Notes: generated from the sequence alone by a model not told the origin. A stretch of DNA of 63,082 nucleotides, filler included, from Stramenopiles sp. TOSAG23-2 (GCA_900128395.1; 56 parts of 56 records of this genome joined end to end with filler, not necessarily neighbours in it); one strand, 5' to 3'. Shown: positions 48,971 to 61,830, counted from the first letter of the whole stretch. Numbers and translations are program-made.

Positions 48971-49423
48971 CCTTAGACCACTCGGCCAAACAGACGAAAA
49001 GCTCGAAAGCTTATCGAAATCTGAATAAATTTTTGCAAATTTTGTGCAGATATCAAATAATTGTAATTTTTTGTTTATATACCAACAGGCAAAATTAGCC
49101 TGCAATAGCATTAACAGCAAGGACACAGCACCGGAAAACAGAAGACAAAGTAGCTCCCCACACTCTTCTTCTTTATCGTTATTATTATTCCGCACACACA
49201 CAAAATATATACATACATTAATTGATTTAATTTCTCCACACAAACAAAACAAAACACCTCCACAAACAGAACAAACAATCAACACCTCAATCTGCTTGTC
49301 CAGGTCTGTTGGGTATTTTTTACCTCTCTGTCTCCCCACGCCGACACCGACAGCCACCCAACAAGACCAACAACCACTTGTCGTCCCCCCACCACCACCA
49401 TCACCACCACCACCCACATCAAA

Positions 49424-49622
49424 ATGGAACAACCAGAAGTTATTACACCACCCTTATCCGATGTTTCCTCCTCTGGAGATGAACGTGAAGGTGATGGTGA
49501 TAGTCGTAGTATTGGTACTGATGGTGAAATACTAATAGAACAACAACAACAACAACAACCATCCTCAAGAACATATTTATCCAAAGAAATACACGATGTA
49601 CGGGATATTTATGATGATCATA
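49424..49622 (+). CDS. Hypothetical protein N-terminus, divergent from the tRNA gene
   Basis: ATG after a CA-rich leader; MEQPEVITPPLSDVSSSGDERE... open to the contig end. Confidence 0.55.
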
Positions 49623-49723
49623 NNNNNNNNNNNNNNNNNNNNNNNNNNNNNNNNNNNNNNNNNNNNTTAATTAATTAANNNNNNNNNNNNNNNNNNNNNN
49701 NNNNNNNNNNNNNNNNNNNNNNT

Positions 49724-50745
49724 CCATTTGATGTACCAACACTTGTAAATAAAGATGATGATGATCAAGACATACAACAAGAACAACAAGAAGAAGAAAT
49801 AGAAAAAGAGAAAGAGGAAGAGGAAGAAGAACCTGTATCAAACATACATGATGAAAATATTGGTGATAATGTTGATGATGCATTAGAAGCCAAATTTGAA
49901 TTAAGCATATTACAAGCATATATTGACACAGTATGGATCAAATACGATACTGACGGTAATGGCACGATATCTGTAGATGAAACAAAGCAACTGTTATCAG
50001 ATATTACAGGTCATGAATCAATATCACATGAAGAATGTGAGCGATTTGTAAAAGCATTAGATCAGCAAGAAAAAATGAAAGATCATGAAATCAACCATGT
50101 AATTGACAAAGACGAATTTATATTTTTCGTTGATGATATGATGCAAATGTCAATAGATGATAGAAAGGAATATGCTGCACGTGGTTTGTTTCAACAAATA
50201 TTGATAGACTTTGCAAATGGTATTGTTAACCAATTCAAAAATTATCAAACAGAGAAAATGGAATTATATAAACAGTTTTCTGCATATATTTTTAATAATT
50301 ATGCTGATGATAAAACTAAATTGACAATCAAAACATGTGAAGTATTATTACAAGATATATCATCAGAGAATTCCATATCAAATGATATAGTTCAAGCATT
50401 TATCAATCAAGTAAGAAACGAAGATGAACATTTAAAGGATGATGAGGAAGAATCAGAATCAACTACATCATATGATATATCCGAAGATCAGCTACATGTA
50501 TATATTGTAAAAGTAATGTGTATGGATAATGAGAAAAAGGAAATATATGGGTCCCAAAGCTCATATCACGACTTTTTACTAAAAGTTTTCAAAGGTATTA
50601 ATGCTAAATGGAAACTTTACAAAGAAGATGATAAAGACATACAAGCACAAGAACAAGAAGAGGAAGAAGAACCTGTATCAATAGAATCAGCTACAAATGA
50701 GTCTACCATCGAAGTAAATAAAGATGATGATGATAAAGACATACA
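49724..50745 (+). CDS. EF-hand protein with repeated acidic linkers, internal fragment
   Basis: The frame is open upstream of the listed ORF and includes WIKYDTDGNGTISVDETKQLL, a canonical EF-hand loop; the VNKDDDD(Q/K)DI linker occurs at both contig ends. Confidence 0.85.
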
Positions 50746-50845
50746 NNNNNNNNNNNNNNNNNNNNNNNNNNNNNNNNNNNNNNNNNNNNTTAATTAATTA
50801 ANNNNNNNNNNNNNNNNNNNNNNNNNNNNNNNNNNNNNNNNNNNN

Positions 50846-51155
50846 CTTTGTTACACAAAGGACATACATTTCTTGTTTTTAACCACCGTTGTATACAATC
50901 AAGATGAAAAACGTGACCACAACAACCAAACGCAATAGAAAGACCCGCTTCAAATGCTGGAGAAGGATTCGCTTGATATTCAATACTAGGTCCATGCAAA
51001 GGATTTCTACAAATAGCACAAGTGTCAGTATATATATCCCAGCTCCAAAACGCTACAGCGTTCCATTTTTTAATTTGAAATGTTACTTTCTTTCCACTAC
51101 TACTGCTACTGCTACTACTAGTTTCGTCTTTACCACTTTTTGATTCTGTTGCCAT
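50846..51155 (-). CDS. RBX1: RING-box protein (RBX1/ROC1 family), divergent, 3'-truncated
   Basis: FQIKKWNAVAFWSWDI..DTCAICRN...CGHVFHLDCIQRWLKTRNVCPLCN. Confidence 0.9.
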
Positions 51156-52029
51156 ACTGTTCTTCTCTGACTCTCTCTGTCTCTCATAAATTTGTTTGTT
51201 TATATTCACTTCTTCTTGTATTATTATTCATTTTCGATTCTAATATTTATTTTGTATAGTAATATATATATATTTCAAATATATTGAACAACTAAAAACA
51301 ATGGTATGTAGGCCTATATTATTTCTATCAATTTCTGTTATTTATTAGAAGACGACGACTATTCATTTCACACATCGTGGTGCCTTGACTTGCACCACTT
51401 TTGTTTTGATGGATTTCCAGGATTTCTAAAAATGTTGGCTTTTGCGAAAGCTATATAGGATAGCTGCCGGGCTATTAGTATAACAATAAGTTATACTTGA
51501 AGACCTAAATGAGCCCCAGGTGGGCAGACCATCACTGTAAAAGTATTAGCTTCATTACTATAAGAACGTTACCACATATTACAAGCTATTACCTGCTGGC
51601 CTGATGATAATAGCCAGATTATAGCAAAGTTTTCAAAACGTTATACTTTGTTCAGCTGGTCAGCTACTAGCACTATTACATTGAAAATAATAACACGACT
51701 TACTATGTGCATATATCGATATAGATACATAAACAAAGAAAAAAAAAGAAAAACATATTATTATAGATACAAGATCAATATATATATATATAACAATAAT
51801 AAAATTTAAAGCTTATACTTTTCCTATACCTATATTTATATATATATAATATAGACATATTTACATCNNNNNNNNNNNNNNNNNNNNNNNNNNNNNNNNN
51901 NNNNNNNNNNNTTAATTAATTAANNNNNNNNNNNNNNNNNNNNNNNNNNNNNNNNNNNNNNNNNNNNAACACAATTCACCCAACCAAAAAACGACAGTAT
52001 AAATATATATAGATAGATAACAACAAAGC

Positions 52030-52989
52030 ATGGCAATGAGCCAAGGTTCTCTTCAGTGTGGACCAAGTAATGATTTGCCAAAAGCTGCACTATGGGGTTC
52101 CCGTGTTATGCTTTCATCGAAACCATGCAACGTGACTGGAACCATAAAATTAATACAATTAACTTTTGGGAAATATCCAAGAATTAATAGAGCAGTTGCC
52201 AATGATGGTGAGTTGGAACTACAAGTATTTGATGCAATACCATTGCCTGTAAATGAGCGAAGGCAGAAATTTACGCTGAGGAAAAAAGCGAGTTTTTCTA
52301 TCTCCCAGTTTAGAAATGGCCCATTCAATAAAATTTTAACATGTCCATTACGAGTTCCTGTTCCTATTCATCGAGGTCAATATGTTGCTATAGCTATTCC
52401 ACGTGATCGAGATGGTCGATTAAATATCTCAAGTCGTTCCACAAATGAAGCAGAAAAGCAAGTTATATATTATGGTAAAGATGTTTGCACACGTATAGGT
52501 AATTCCATTGCATATGTTGGTTATAAAGGTAGTGATACACGTGGTCATTCTTGTTCTGGTTTTCGTGTATCTGTAATTAGTGGTCATACCAACAGGATGC
52601 AACAACAACAAGGATTTTCCAGTAGTAATACGACTCAATCATCAACAAATAGTAATAATTCGGATAATAATGATAATGCTGGTGGTGTATATTTGTTTGG
52701 GAATATAGCTACAACTGCTGAATGGAAAACACCGTTTTGTATGCACTTAAGCCCGATGCAACGAAATGGTGCAATTAAACACGTAGAGGTGCGTTTTCAA
52801 AATGGTCCAGGCGCTGGAACAATATATGATATGGAATTGCATTTTTTTCGCAAAGCTTACTCGACTTTATGGAGATTTGTGAAAAAAGCACCGTTCAAAG
52901 ATTGTACCATAAAAGTTATGTCTCCAACTATGAGAAAAGTTATTTTTGAGAATCCAGTTGAAGTATCAAAAGATATGATAGTTGGTCTA
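52030..52989 (+). CDS. Hypothetical protein with a duplicated beta-rich domain, N-terminal fragment
   Basis: GTIKLIQLTFG..LELQVF..PVPIHRGQYVAI is echoed by GAIKHVEVRFQ..MELHFF..PVEVSKDMIVGL. Confidence 0.65.
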
Positions 52990-53303
52990 NNNNNNNNNNN
53001 NNNNNNNNNNNNNNNNNNNNNNNNNNNNNNNNNTTAATTAATTAANNNNNNNNNNNNNNNNNNNNNNNNNNNNNNNNNNNNNNNNNNNNTTCATCAGATA
53101 TATAAAATTTGCATTATGTCTCCAAACATCATTCCCAACATTTTTACACCATATAAACTACCACATCCTCTCTTTATATATATAACTTGTATCTCTAAAC
53201 TCCAACCAAAATAAATATTACATTTACATGAAACGCTAGACCCAAAGTGAATTTTCATTAAAAAATGCATATTTTTTGACACTTTTATTAAGGTTTTATA
53301 GGC

Positions 53304-53731
53304 CTATTCCATAGTAATGGTACTTTGATATGCAATTGAAACGTCGTTAGTAAAGTATCTTCCTGACACTCAGTTGTCATCAACTTACTCTTAGGTTTGG
53401 CTCTATACATGTAAAAATGAGAATCAAACCTATTTTTGTATCAATATTTTCATTGAGTTGAGATGTATTGTTTCGATTATACCCCATTTTACAATGTATT
53501 TTAAGATGCCTGAAAAGGCTATTCCATAGTAATGGTACTTTGATATGCAATTGAAACGTCGTTAGTAAAGTATCTTCCTGACACTCAGTTGTCATCAACT
53601 TACTCTTAGGTTTGGCTCTATATATGTAAAAATGAGAATCGAACCTACTTTTGTATTAATATTTTCATTGACTTGAGATATATTGTTTCAATTATACCCC
53701 ATTTTACAATGTATTTTAAGATGCCTGAAAA
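53304..53731. repeat. Tandem duplication, 215-bp unit, two copies
   Basis: CTATTCCATAGTAATGGTACTTTG...GATGCCTGAAAA starts at 53304 and 53519 with few substitutions. Confidence 0.93.
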
Positions 53732-53784
53732 AGACCTAGAATTCCAAATCGATTTTGAATCACAACAATTCTAAATGGACCTAG

Positions 53785-54111
53785 AAATCTTCATTTTGAA
53801 CATGCAACATAAAAAATTTTGATAAAATATTGTATATGTAATAAATGACGGATACGCAACGTTTCAAACTTTAATTTTGATAACTTCAATGAAAGTTTTT
53901 AACCTTTCATGATTTTCACCATTTGGATGGAAAAGTGCTCTAATACTAAATCCATGCTAACGTGCGATTTAAATCTTTTTTTCAGGACTTTTTTTTAAAA
54001 ACATAATTCTGCATGTAAACTCTCGGAGAAAAGTTAAATATATCACCTAAGATATAGAATCTGCAATATTTTATCAAAATTTTTTATGTTGCATGTTCAA
54101 AATGAAGATTT
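53785..54111. repeat. Perfect 48-bp inverted repeat (53785-53832 / 54064-54111) ending at the contig edge
   Basis: AAATCTTCATTTTGAACATGCAACATAAAAAATTTTGATAAAATATTG and its reverse complement. Confidence 0.9.
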
Positions 54112-54597
54112 NNNNNNNNNNNNNNNNNNNNNNNNNNNNNNNNNNNNNNNNNNNNTTAATTAATTAANNNNNNNNNNNNNNNNNNNNNNNNNNNNNNNNN
54201 NNNNNNNNNNNTATGTTCAATAATTGCTGCCATGATGAGGTATGATGAGTATAATGATGATATATTGTTGTTGTTTGTATTTTGGTGGTAATAATTATAA
54301 ATTTATTAATTAATATATAGGGAATTTACTTATTTAAAAAATTAAAATGATGAGAGATTATTAAATGTTTGTGTGCAAAAAAAATAAATAAAGATAAATA
54401 ATAAAAACAAAAACAATAGGTGAATGATATATTGAACAAAAAGATAATATATATCTACAACTGTATTGCTAATGTGATAAACAAATAAATTTGTGTATTT
54501 TTTTTTTTCCCCACCCTATATGCTACCTATGTACAGCCACACGTGTTTATATTTTGGATTAAATTACAAAACGGTGCAAAACGGTCTGGAAAAGTGA

Positions 54598-55025
54598 TGT
54601 TGGGAATGATTTAATCTAAGTACAACGTATATTTACATTTAACCTATACACAGGATGTAAAATCTTAGTATACGATAAAACACAACTATCAAGTTTCACA
54701 TAAAAAAAACAAAAAAAACACACACACACTTTTTTGTTTAAACATGATTTTATATAGCAATGCTGTGATAGTGCTATATATTTTATAAAAGTTCTTCCTC
54801 AACATAAACAACAATTTTTTATCTTTCAATGTTCGGGAATGATTTAATCTAAGTACAACATATATTTACATTTAACCTATATACAAGATGTAAAATCTTA
54901 GTATACAATAAAACATACCTATCAAGTTTTCACATAAAAAAAACCAAAAAAAAAACACTTTTTTTTTAACATCATTTTTTATAGCAATGCTGTGATAGTG
55001 CTAATATTTTATAAACTTCCTCAAC
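54598..55025. repeat. Diverged direct duplication of about 200 bp (period ~233 bp)
   Basis: GGGAATGATTTAATCTAAGTACAAC...GCAATGCTGTGATAGTGCTA...CTTCCTCAAC occurs twice. Confidence 0.9.
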
Positions 55026-55426
55026 TCCATCTCTTTTTCTATTATTCGCAAGCAGATGGAGTTTGATATAGATGACGCAACAATTCCATTTATGATATTG
55101 AAATTTCTATAAATGGTTTTTTGATCCATTCACAACATTTCAACTGTGATATATAAGTGGTAATAATAATTGCACGATGCAACTCAATCCTTTTCTTTTA
55201 ATAATATATACAAATTTCCACTTTATTCTCCTGNNNNNNNNNNNNNNNNNNNNNNNNNNNNNNNNNNNNNNNNNNNNTTAATTAATTAANNNNNNNNNNN
55301 NNNNNNNNNNNNNNNNNNNNNNNNNNNNNNNNNATATATATATATTTAAACACCCTCTCAACATATAAATTACTATTATTATTTATTTATTACTATTGTT
55401 ACTATTTTGTTAAATAAAGAAAGAAG

Positions 55427-56355
55427 ATGAGTTTTACATCAGATTATCAAAATATTGAACAATACAAAAATGCTTTAAAAAAACGATATAGCTATAGTCA
55501 CGAGGTTGAGGAATATTTAACAAATCAACAAACAACGAACTTTGAAAAAGTCAAAAATGAAATTGATGTATACTCAACGTCAATTAGAAGTGAATTAAAA
55601 GGCTCGTTAAAGTTTACTTTTAGTTATGAAAAGACTGTCGCTGCAAGAATTACTATCATGAAATATATTAACAAAAATATACGAGGTCAATTAAAGTTTT
55701 TCTTAGATATATGGCGACAAGCAGCAGTGCAAATAATAAAAGCTCGCCCCAAAACAACAACAATAACCAAAGAAAAAAAAGAGATAATAGCCTCAGATGT
55801 AAAAGTGGAAAATATAGCCAGGATTTCATCTGTTACGAGTGAAACGGAAGAACCACCACCAGCAGCAAAGATTGAAGCTATATATCAAAAATTATCACTA
55901 GATGTATATAGGAAAATGCTCAAGTGTGAATACGACGATGTTTATGATATTTTTAAAATAAAACAAGAAGTATTAGAAAAATGTAAATTACACCTGTCTG
56001 AATTTTACAAAGCTAATAACGGAAATCCAAATAATAACTCATTGATACATTATGAAAATATGAAAAAATTTTACAAGGAAATTCCAATTGAAAAAATTTA
56101 TGTCAACATACCTTTAGATATGACATCAATCGCTAGACGTATGAATCGACGTATAAAATGCTGGTTATATGAATCATATTTAGAAAAAAAATCAAAAGCA
56201 CATCCAATGCACAATTTTAAAACCGAAGAGATAACAGATGCATGTAAACAATTTTTAAATGGATATAAAGAGTATAGTACGACAAATTTTGGAGTGGAAG
56301 AAAATAAAAAAAAACGTAATTACGAGAGATTTCCCTTTCAATTTCTTAAGCTGGT
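55427..56355 (+). CDS. Hypothetical protein, N-terminal fragment
   Basis: More than 300 open codons from an ATG to the contig end. Confidence 0.7.
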
Positions 56356-56802
56356 NNNNNNNNNNNNNNNNNNNNNNNNNNNNNNNNNNNNNNNNNNNNT
56401 TAATTAATTAANNNNNNNNNNNNNNNNNNNNNNNNNNNNNNNNNNNNNNNNNNNNTGGTGCAATGGGAATGTAGAAGGAGAGGAGAGACGAGGTTGAATA
56501 TAGAAAGTTAAATGATACTAAGTTTATATTTTTATATGGGCATAATTATGCATGGCATCATCAGCTAATATTTTACCGTATTTATATACTAATGCTATTC
56601 GCATGCTAATGCGGCATAATAATAATCCTACCACAAAAAAAATAATAATAAATATTACGCCTTTTAGACGACAAAACAGTGATTTATAACAAGATAAACA
56701 GGTGTTAGGATAGAGAGATTGCAGATAAATGAAAGGATCATATAGTACACCAGATCAGCAATTAAAGAAAGAGAGACAATAACAAAAGAAGTCAACACGA
56801 GA

Positions 56803-57477
56803 ATGTTATCAAGTATGATTGAACAAATTAATGGAACATTCAATGAAATGGATAATCAACAAATATTTTCTGTAGTTATAGGTACATTAACATTGTATTA
56901 TATTTATTTCTATGTGTTCTTTACAACACTAAGAGCTCAATTTAGTTTTCGATATTATTATTTACGTGCGTATAGTGCATTTTTCAATTTGTATGATTTT
57001 ATATTTACAAATGGGTGTAAAAAGAAAAAGAAAGTATGGTTTAATGACCCTTCAAATGTTGCTGAAAATCGCTTAGATACACATACGCAATTGCGAATGT
57101 TAGACTCTGTTGAAAATGTATTATTCGAAGGTGGTAACATTGAAACTGATTCTTTCTTGTTCAGTAATATGAACGCAAGTAATATTGTTGAAAAATTTAA
57201 CGACCTAAATAATTCATCAAGGTGGACGTCGTTACTAGATGGAGACGATTGGTTATTTTTTCTAAAAGAAAAGCCATTGCCAGAAGATTTAAGCTTCTCA
57301 AAGATTGACTATGATGATAGTTCTTGGTCAAATATAAAAGTTCCTTTGTGTTGGGAAAGAAATGGTTTTGGGCAAACTATTTATACAAATATTGCATATC
57401 CTGAGCTAGATAAATATATATTTAAAAGGCCAATAGTTTCATATGAGAAAAATGAGACTGGGCTTTATCGTAAATAT
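56803..57477 (+). CDS. GH2 beta-galactosidase (LacZ-like) N-terminus with a membrane anchor
   Basis: WFNDPSNVAENRLDTH, LDGDDWLF, YDDSSWSNIKVPLCWE..GFGQTIYTNIAYP and NETGLYR, preceded by a hydrophobic helix. Confidence 0.9.
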
Positions 57478-58699
57478 NNNNNNNNNNNNNNNNNNNNNNN
57501 NNNNNNNNNNNNNNNNNNNNNTTAATTAATTAANNNNNNNNNNNNNNNNNNNNNNNNNNNNNNNNNNNNNNNNNNNNAATGACAGTACAAATTCACTTTA
57601 TAATACAGAGACATTTAGGGACGTTTGTACTTGAACCGCGAATGAACCAGCCCATACTCAGAAGACAACAACAGCACATTACTAGTATTAAGTATGCATT
57701 TAGTATTGTAATATGATAGGGGAAGTATTTTTATTCTACTGTATCTCAAAAAATAGCAAACGTTCACTTTTTTAATTACAATTTACCAATTACAAACCGG
57801 AAGTATAATTTTTTATTATAACATGAATAAACACAAACATTGTATGCACAACCCCCCACTCATACACCAAAATAATAATATCAATAAATATGAGCCGTGC
57901 AAGCAAAGTCAAAGGATCACGATTGAAATCATCAACTAAAAACGTCTATAACGATGTTTTAAAAAATCACTTTCTGGAGTGGCTTCGGCAAGACCAGAAT
58001 AATGCTACAGTAAAAAAAATCAAAAATGTTTTTAAATTGAACCGCAGAAACGAACATGGCTTCACCATCTGCATCAACAATTGCGCAGCATAAGAATTTT
58101 ACTAAGTTTTGTGATACACTGATGGAGACGATGAATATTGAAAAGCCAAAGAAAAAAAGCTCTCAGCGAGAGTGGAAAGTTAAGTTTCCAACAATGACAA
58201 TAGTTTAAGGTTTAAGTAAAACAAATGAGTCATTTAGGGATATTATGTAATTTATACTTACTACACTACAATATCCTATCAAAACAATGATTTACACTAT
58301 GGTAAAAATGTGCTGTAGGTTTGTACAAAATATTATGTTATACTTAGTGATAGGCAAAATGCACAAAAACACTATGAAAACATCATCCCGACAATTTAAA
58401 TGTTGTTTTTGGCACTACAAAACTTACGAAATAACCAATGGTATTTCCATGTTAAATACATAGTCCATTAGTTGGTCTCCAATGTCGCTTATATTAAAAT
58501 TAAATGCATATTTAACTTTAAAAGACATATCATAAACATTCTTTTATATATATATACTTATATATAACACATATATATTATGCACAAATACGTAAAAACN
58601 NNNNNNNNNNNNNNNNNNNNNNNNNNNNNNNNNNNNNNNNNNNTTAATTAATTAANNNNNNNNNNNNNNNNNNNNNNNNNNNNNNNNNNNNNNNNNNNN

Positions 58700-59720
58700 G
58701 AAATCATACTTTACAACGTTTGATCATGCAATGAATGTAACGAAAAAAACATTAAAAGAGATGGAAGAAAAACATATAAATGAATTAAATGATGTAGAAA
58801 TAAAATTGAAAGAAGCGTTAAAAAATGGTGGGGGGGGGTGGTGGATTTGGTGGTAGAACTGGAGGTAGCCATTTAATGGCTGCAGCGTTATTGTACAAAA
58901 AGAAACAAGCGCTAGGTCAGTTAATAGAAGATAAACCAAGTCCATTAAAAGGATTAAAAAGATTGCGCAAAGCAACTATGAAAATGTCTGGTACAATAAA
59001 ATTAGGATTGTCATTGAGGAAGACTAAGGAAGCGCAAGCCTTGCATGAAAGATCTGCAAATGGATTGTTTGATAAGAAAATGAAGAAGAAAATTATAGAA
59101 GAGGAAGACGAAGAGGAGGAGGAAGAGGAGGAAGATGACGATGATATGAAAAGGAAGCGTAGAGCAGTATTGCATGGAAATAAATTTTCAGGGGTAGATA
59201 GAAATTTGGAAAAATTATACAATGATTTAACGGGCAATGTCGGAAAATCACCTGATTTGACTAGATTTGATGACAGTGAAGATAACACAGAGTGGGTTAA
59301 ATTATCCGGGGCGACAATAGATATTGCTCATTTCAGCGCTATGGCTATCCCTAACGTTGACTTAACTCATGTATTATCCAGGGGTCAACGTATTCGAATA
59401 GGTCCAAAACGTTTTACGATTAACCAGGAAGGTGATTTTTATCCATCATGTATACCATTAAATGAAATATGGAAAAGTCCAGCTGCTGAAAATTTACCTG
59501 TGTACATAGATAAAAAAGCTTGCCATTCGAAATATGATGATGATTCTGATATGGAACCAGATGAAGATGAAGAGTGGAGATTAGTACCAGCTACTGGTAA
59601 TGTTAATTCCGGTGAAGCAGTTGTTTTCACTAGTGCAGATGTACGTGGTATAATACATCGTGGCTCAAAAGTAAAAATTGGAAGACATTTATTACAAGTA
59701 GGTCACTACGGTACATTTTC
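58700..59720 (+). CDS. Hypothetical protein (coiled coil, acidic tract, repeated beta module); probable G-run frameshift near 58830
   Basis: DLTHVLSRGQRIRIG and DVRGIIHRGSKVKIG are repeats; the upstream coiled-coil frame joins if one G of the G9 run is removed. Confidence 0.7.
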
Positions 59721-60187
59721 NNNNNNNNNNNNNNNNNNNNNNNNNNNNNNNNNNNNNNNNNNNNTTAATTAATTAANNNNNNNNNNNNNNNNNNNNNNNN
59801 NNNNNNNNNNNNNNNNNNNNTGCACCATGCACCACCAAACACTTCTCGTAATATTTGTTTTAAATATTAATATGCCTAGGCCATGTATATTATATTTTGC
59901 AAACCTAATGCTATTTTCATGTTCTTGCATAGGGTTTTTCTGTCAATTACTATGGACACAGCATTAATAACATCATCGAAGTATTGTATATATAATACCT
60001 GGCTTACGACAAAATATAAAAACATATATATATATGTGTGCATATATATATATGTTCTGCATATTTTCTTTCTTTGTTTACAATACATATGTACCGCATG
60101 TTTTATGTTTACGTTGTTCCATTTCATAGAAGTCATATAACTATTTATACATTTCATATAGTAAATTACAACAACACAATATAAAAG

Positions 60188-60841
60188 ATGTGTCGGTTTT
60201 TCATATACAAAGGGGAATTGATTTATTTAGGTGATATATTGACACGCCCAGAACATTCATTACTTACGCAAGCGCGGAGAGCTGTTACATATACCCCTGG
60301 AGCTAATGAAAGTGTTAATTATTGCCCAGAAAAACATGTGAAAAGAAATCATGCTGTTAATGCAGATGGATTTGGTGTTGGTTACTTTAATACAGAAATT
60401 AGAGCGGAAGGTGCATTATTTAAAAGTACAACACCGGCCTGGTCAAATAATGTAAGTAAATTCTATCCCCCCATACACCCATAGCTAAACAAGAAATATC
60501 CTTTCTCTAACTCACCATTGTTTCATACACTATATAAACTATACAGAATTTAATAGAATTAAGTGAAGTTACGTTATGCAATGTGTGTTTTGCTCATATA
60601 CGTGCTGCATCGTTAGGGATGCCCTTAAGCGAATTCAACTGCCATCCCTTTCGCATGGGAAAATTCATGTGGATGCATAATGGAGGGATTGCGCATTACA
60701 ATAGTGTTAAACGATCTTTGCTTGCTGCCTTACCACCAAATGTATATAAAAATATCCAAGGAACAACTGATTCAGAAGTAGCATTTGGTATTTTCATGTC
60801 ACAATTTCCTGATCAAGGGATTCATGGACCTGGTTCGCAAT
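60188..60841 (+). CDS. Class II glutamine amidotransferase (DUG3/EgtC-like), partial, two exons (60188-60451, 60547-60841)
   Basis: N-terminal MCR, NADGFGVG, PAWSN, FAHIRAAS, NCHPF, MHNG and GTTDSE. Confidence 0.93.
60452..60546 (+). other. Spliceosomal intron, 95 nt
   Basis: GTAAGT donor, CTCTAAC at 60505, CAG acceptor; removal restores the frame. Confidence 0.9.
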
Positions 60842-61329
60842 NNNNNNNNNNNNNNNNNNNNNNNNNNNNNNNNNNNNNNNNNNNNTTAATTAATTAANNN
60901 NNNNNNNNNNNNNNNNNNNNNNNNNNNNNNNNNNNNNNNNNAACTGCTACGAGTAGTTGATACCATCTATTTACCTTCATTGGTTTTCTCTATTATTGGG
61001 AATATCAACACATTAGTGTGAGATAGATTATTTCAGTTATTATATTCTTTTGAAGAGTAGGAATTATCATGAGTAAAATTAAAACAATAAATTATGCGTA
61101 AATTAAATATATTGGTTTAGTTATATCTTTCATTTAATTATTATTTCTGGTAATTATACATATATATATCGAATATAACAGTATGAGTAAATAAAATCTT
61201 TAACCTTATAAATAATAGAATAGATTATATAAATACTCGTATTAAAAAATTACTTCTCGTGTATATTTATATTTTCCTATGCATACATAATACATTTATT
61301 TTAAGTACAGCACTACACATGCATTATTT

Positions 61330-61507
61330 TTACGAAATGGGCTTCAGATTTTTTGGTGAATTACGACGTCTAATATGATTTTTATATTGTTGAAAATTAT
61401 TTGTTTCTATGTGACGAATCTTAGATGGTGATGCCATGGATTGAGATCCTAATGATGGTACTGATTTACTTATACCTAATTTATTATTATTTCTTTGTTT
61501 TCTATTT

Positions 61508-61544
<37 letters not shown>

Positions 61545-61830
61545 GTACAAAATTATTCTCCAATGTTTGTTGTTCTTCCTGTTGCAAATGATTCCTTTCC
61601 ATTGCTTCTTGCTCTTCACGTTGTTGTCTTTCATTTTCTAACATCCTTTCAGCATCTTTCCGTGTTTCCATTAATACTTTATGAAAGTTGTTAATACTTT
61701 GTCCAAAATCTTTTAAACTTTCATCAAATTTTTGCATTCGTTCACCAACTAATTTGTCTAATTCGTTGGATACTAATTTTGATAATTCCTCGATATCAAC
61801 ATTTCCATCACCATTTAACTCTTCATCCAT
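61330..61830 (-). CDS. Coiled-coil, poly-Asn protein, terminal exon
   Basis: 166-aa ORF preceded by an AT-rich stretch ending in AACAG, a likely acceptor. Confidence 0.6.

Larger units (their letters stand above)
48780..48995 (-). tRNA. trnL-UAG: tRNA-Leu(UAG) in three exons (48995-48971, 48900-48888, 48823-48780)
   Basis: The joined 82 nt, GTCTGTTTGGCCGAGTGGTCTAAGG|CGTCAGGTTTAGG|CCCTGATCTATTCGTAGGCGTGGGTTCAAACCCCACAGCAGACA, fold into a full class II cloverleaf: acceptor GTCTGTT/AGCAGAC, D-stem GCC/GGC, anticodon stem TCAGG/CCTGA with loop TT-TAG-GC, variable arm CTA-TTCG-TAG, T arm GTGGG-TTCAAAC-CCCAC, discriminator A. Confidence 0.93.

Noticed and set aside
48544-49584. Several overlapping ORFs across the tRNA contig (48544-48885, 48854-49432, 49044-49535, 49279-49584)
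   Set aside because: Low-complexity translations of purine-rich or CA-rich non-coding DNA that overlap the tRNA gene and leader region.
57890-58200. Possible decayed tyrosine-recombinase (Crypton-like) N-terminus, LKSSTKNVYNDVLKNHFLEWL
   Set aside because: Short, followed by multiple stops, and no catalytic R-H-R-Y residues are visible.
58825-58845. Programmed frameshifting at the G9 run (similar cases at A runs near 16890 and 44300)
   Set aside because: Single-base homopolymer errors in low-coverage contigs are the simpler explanation, and no stimulatory structure is seen.
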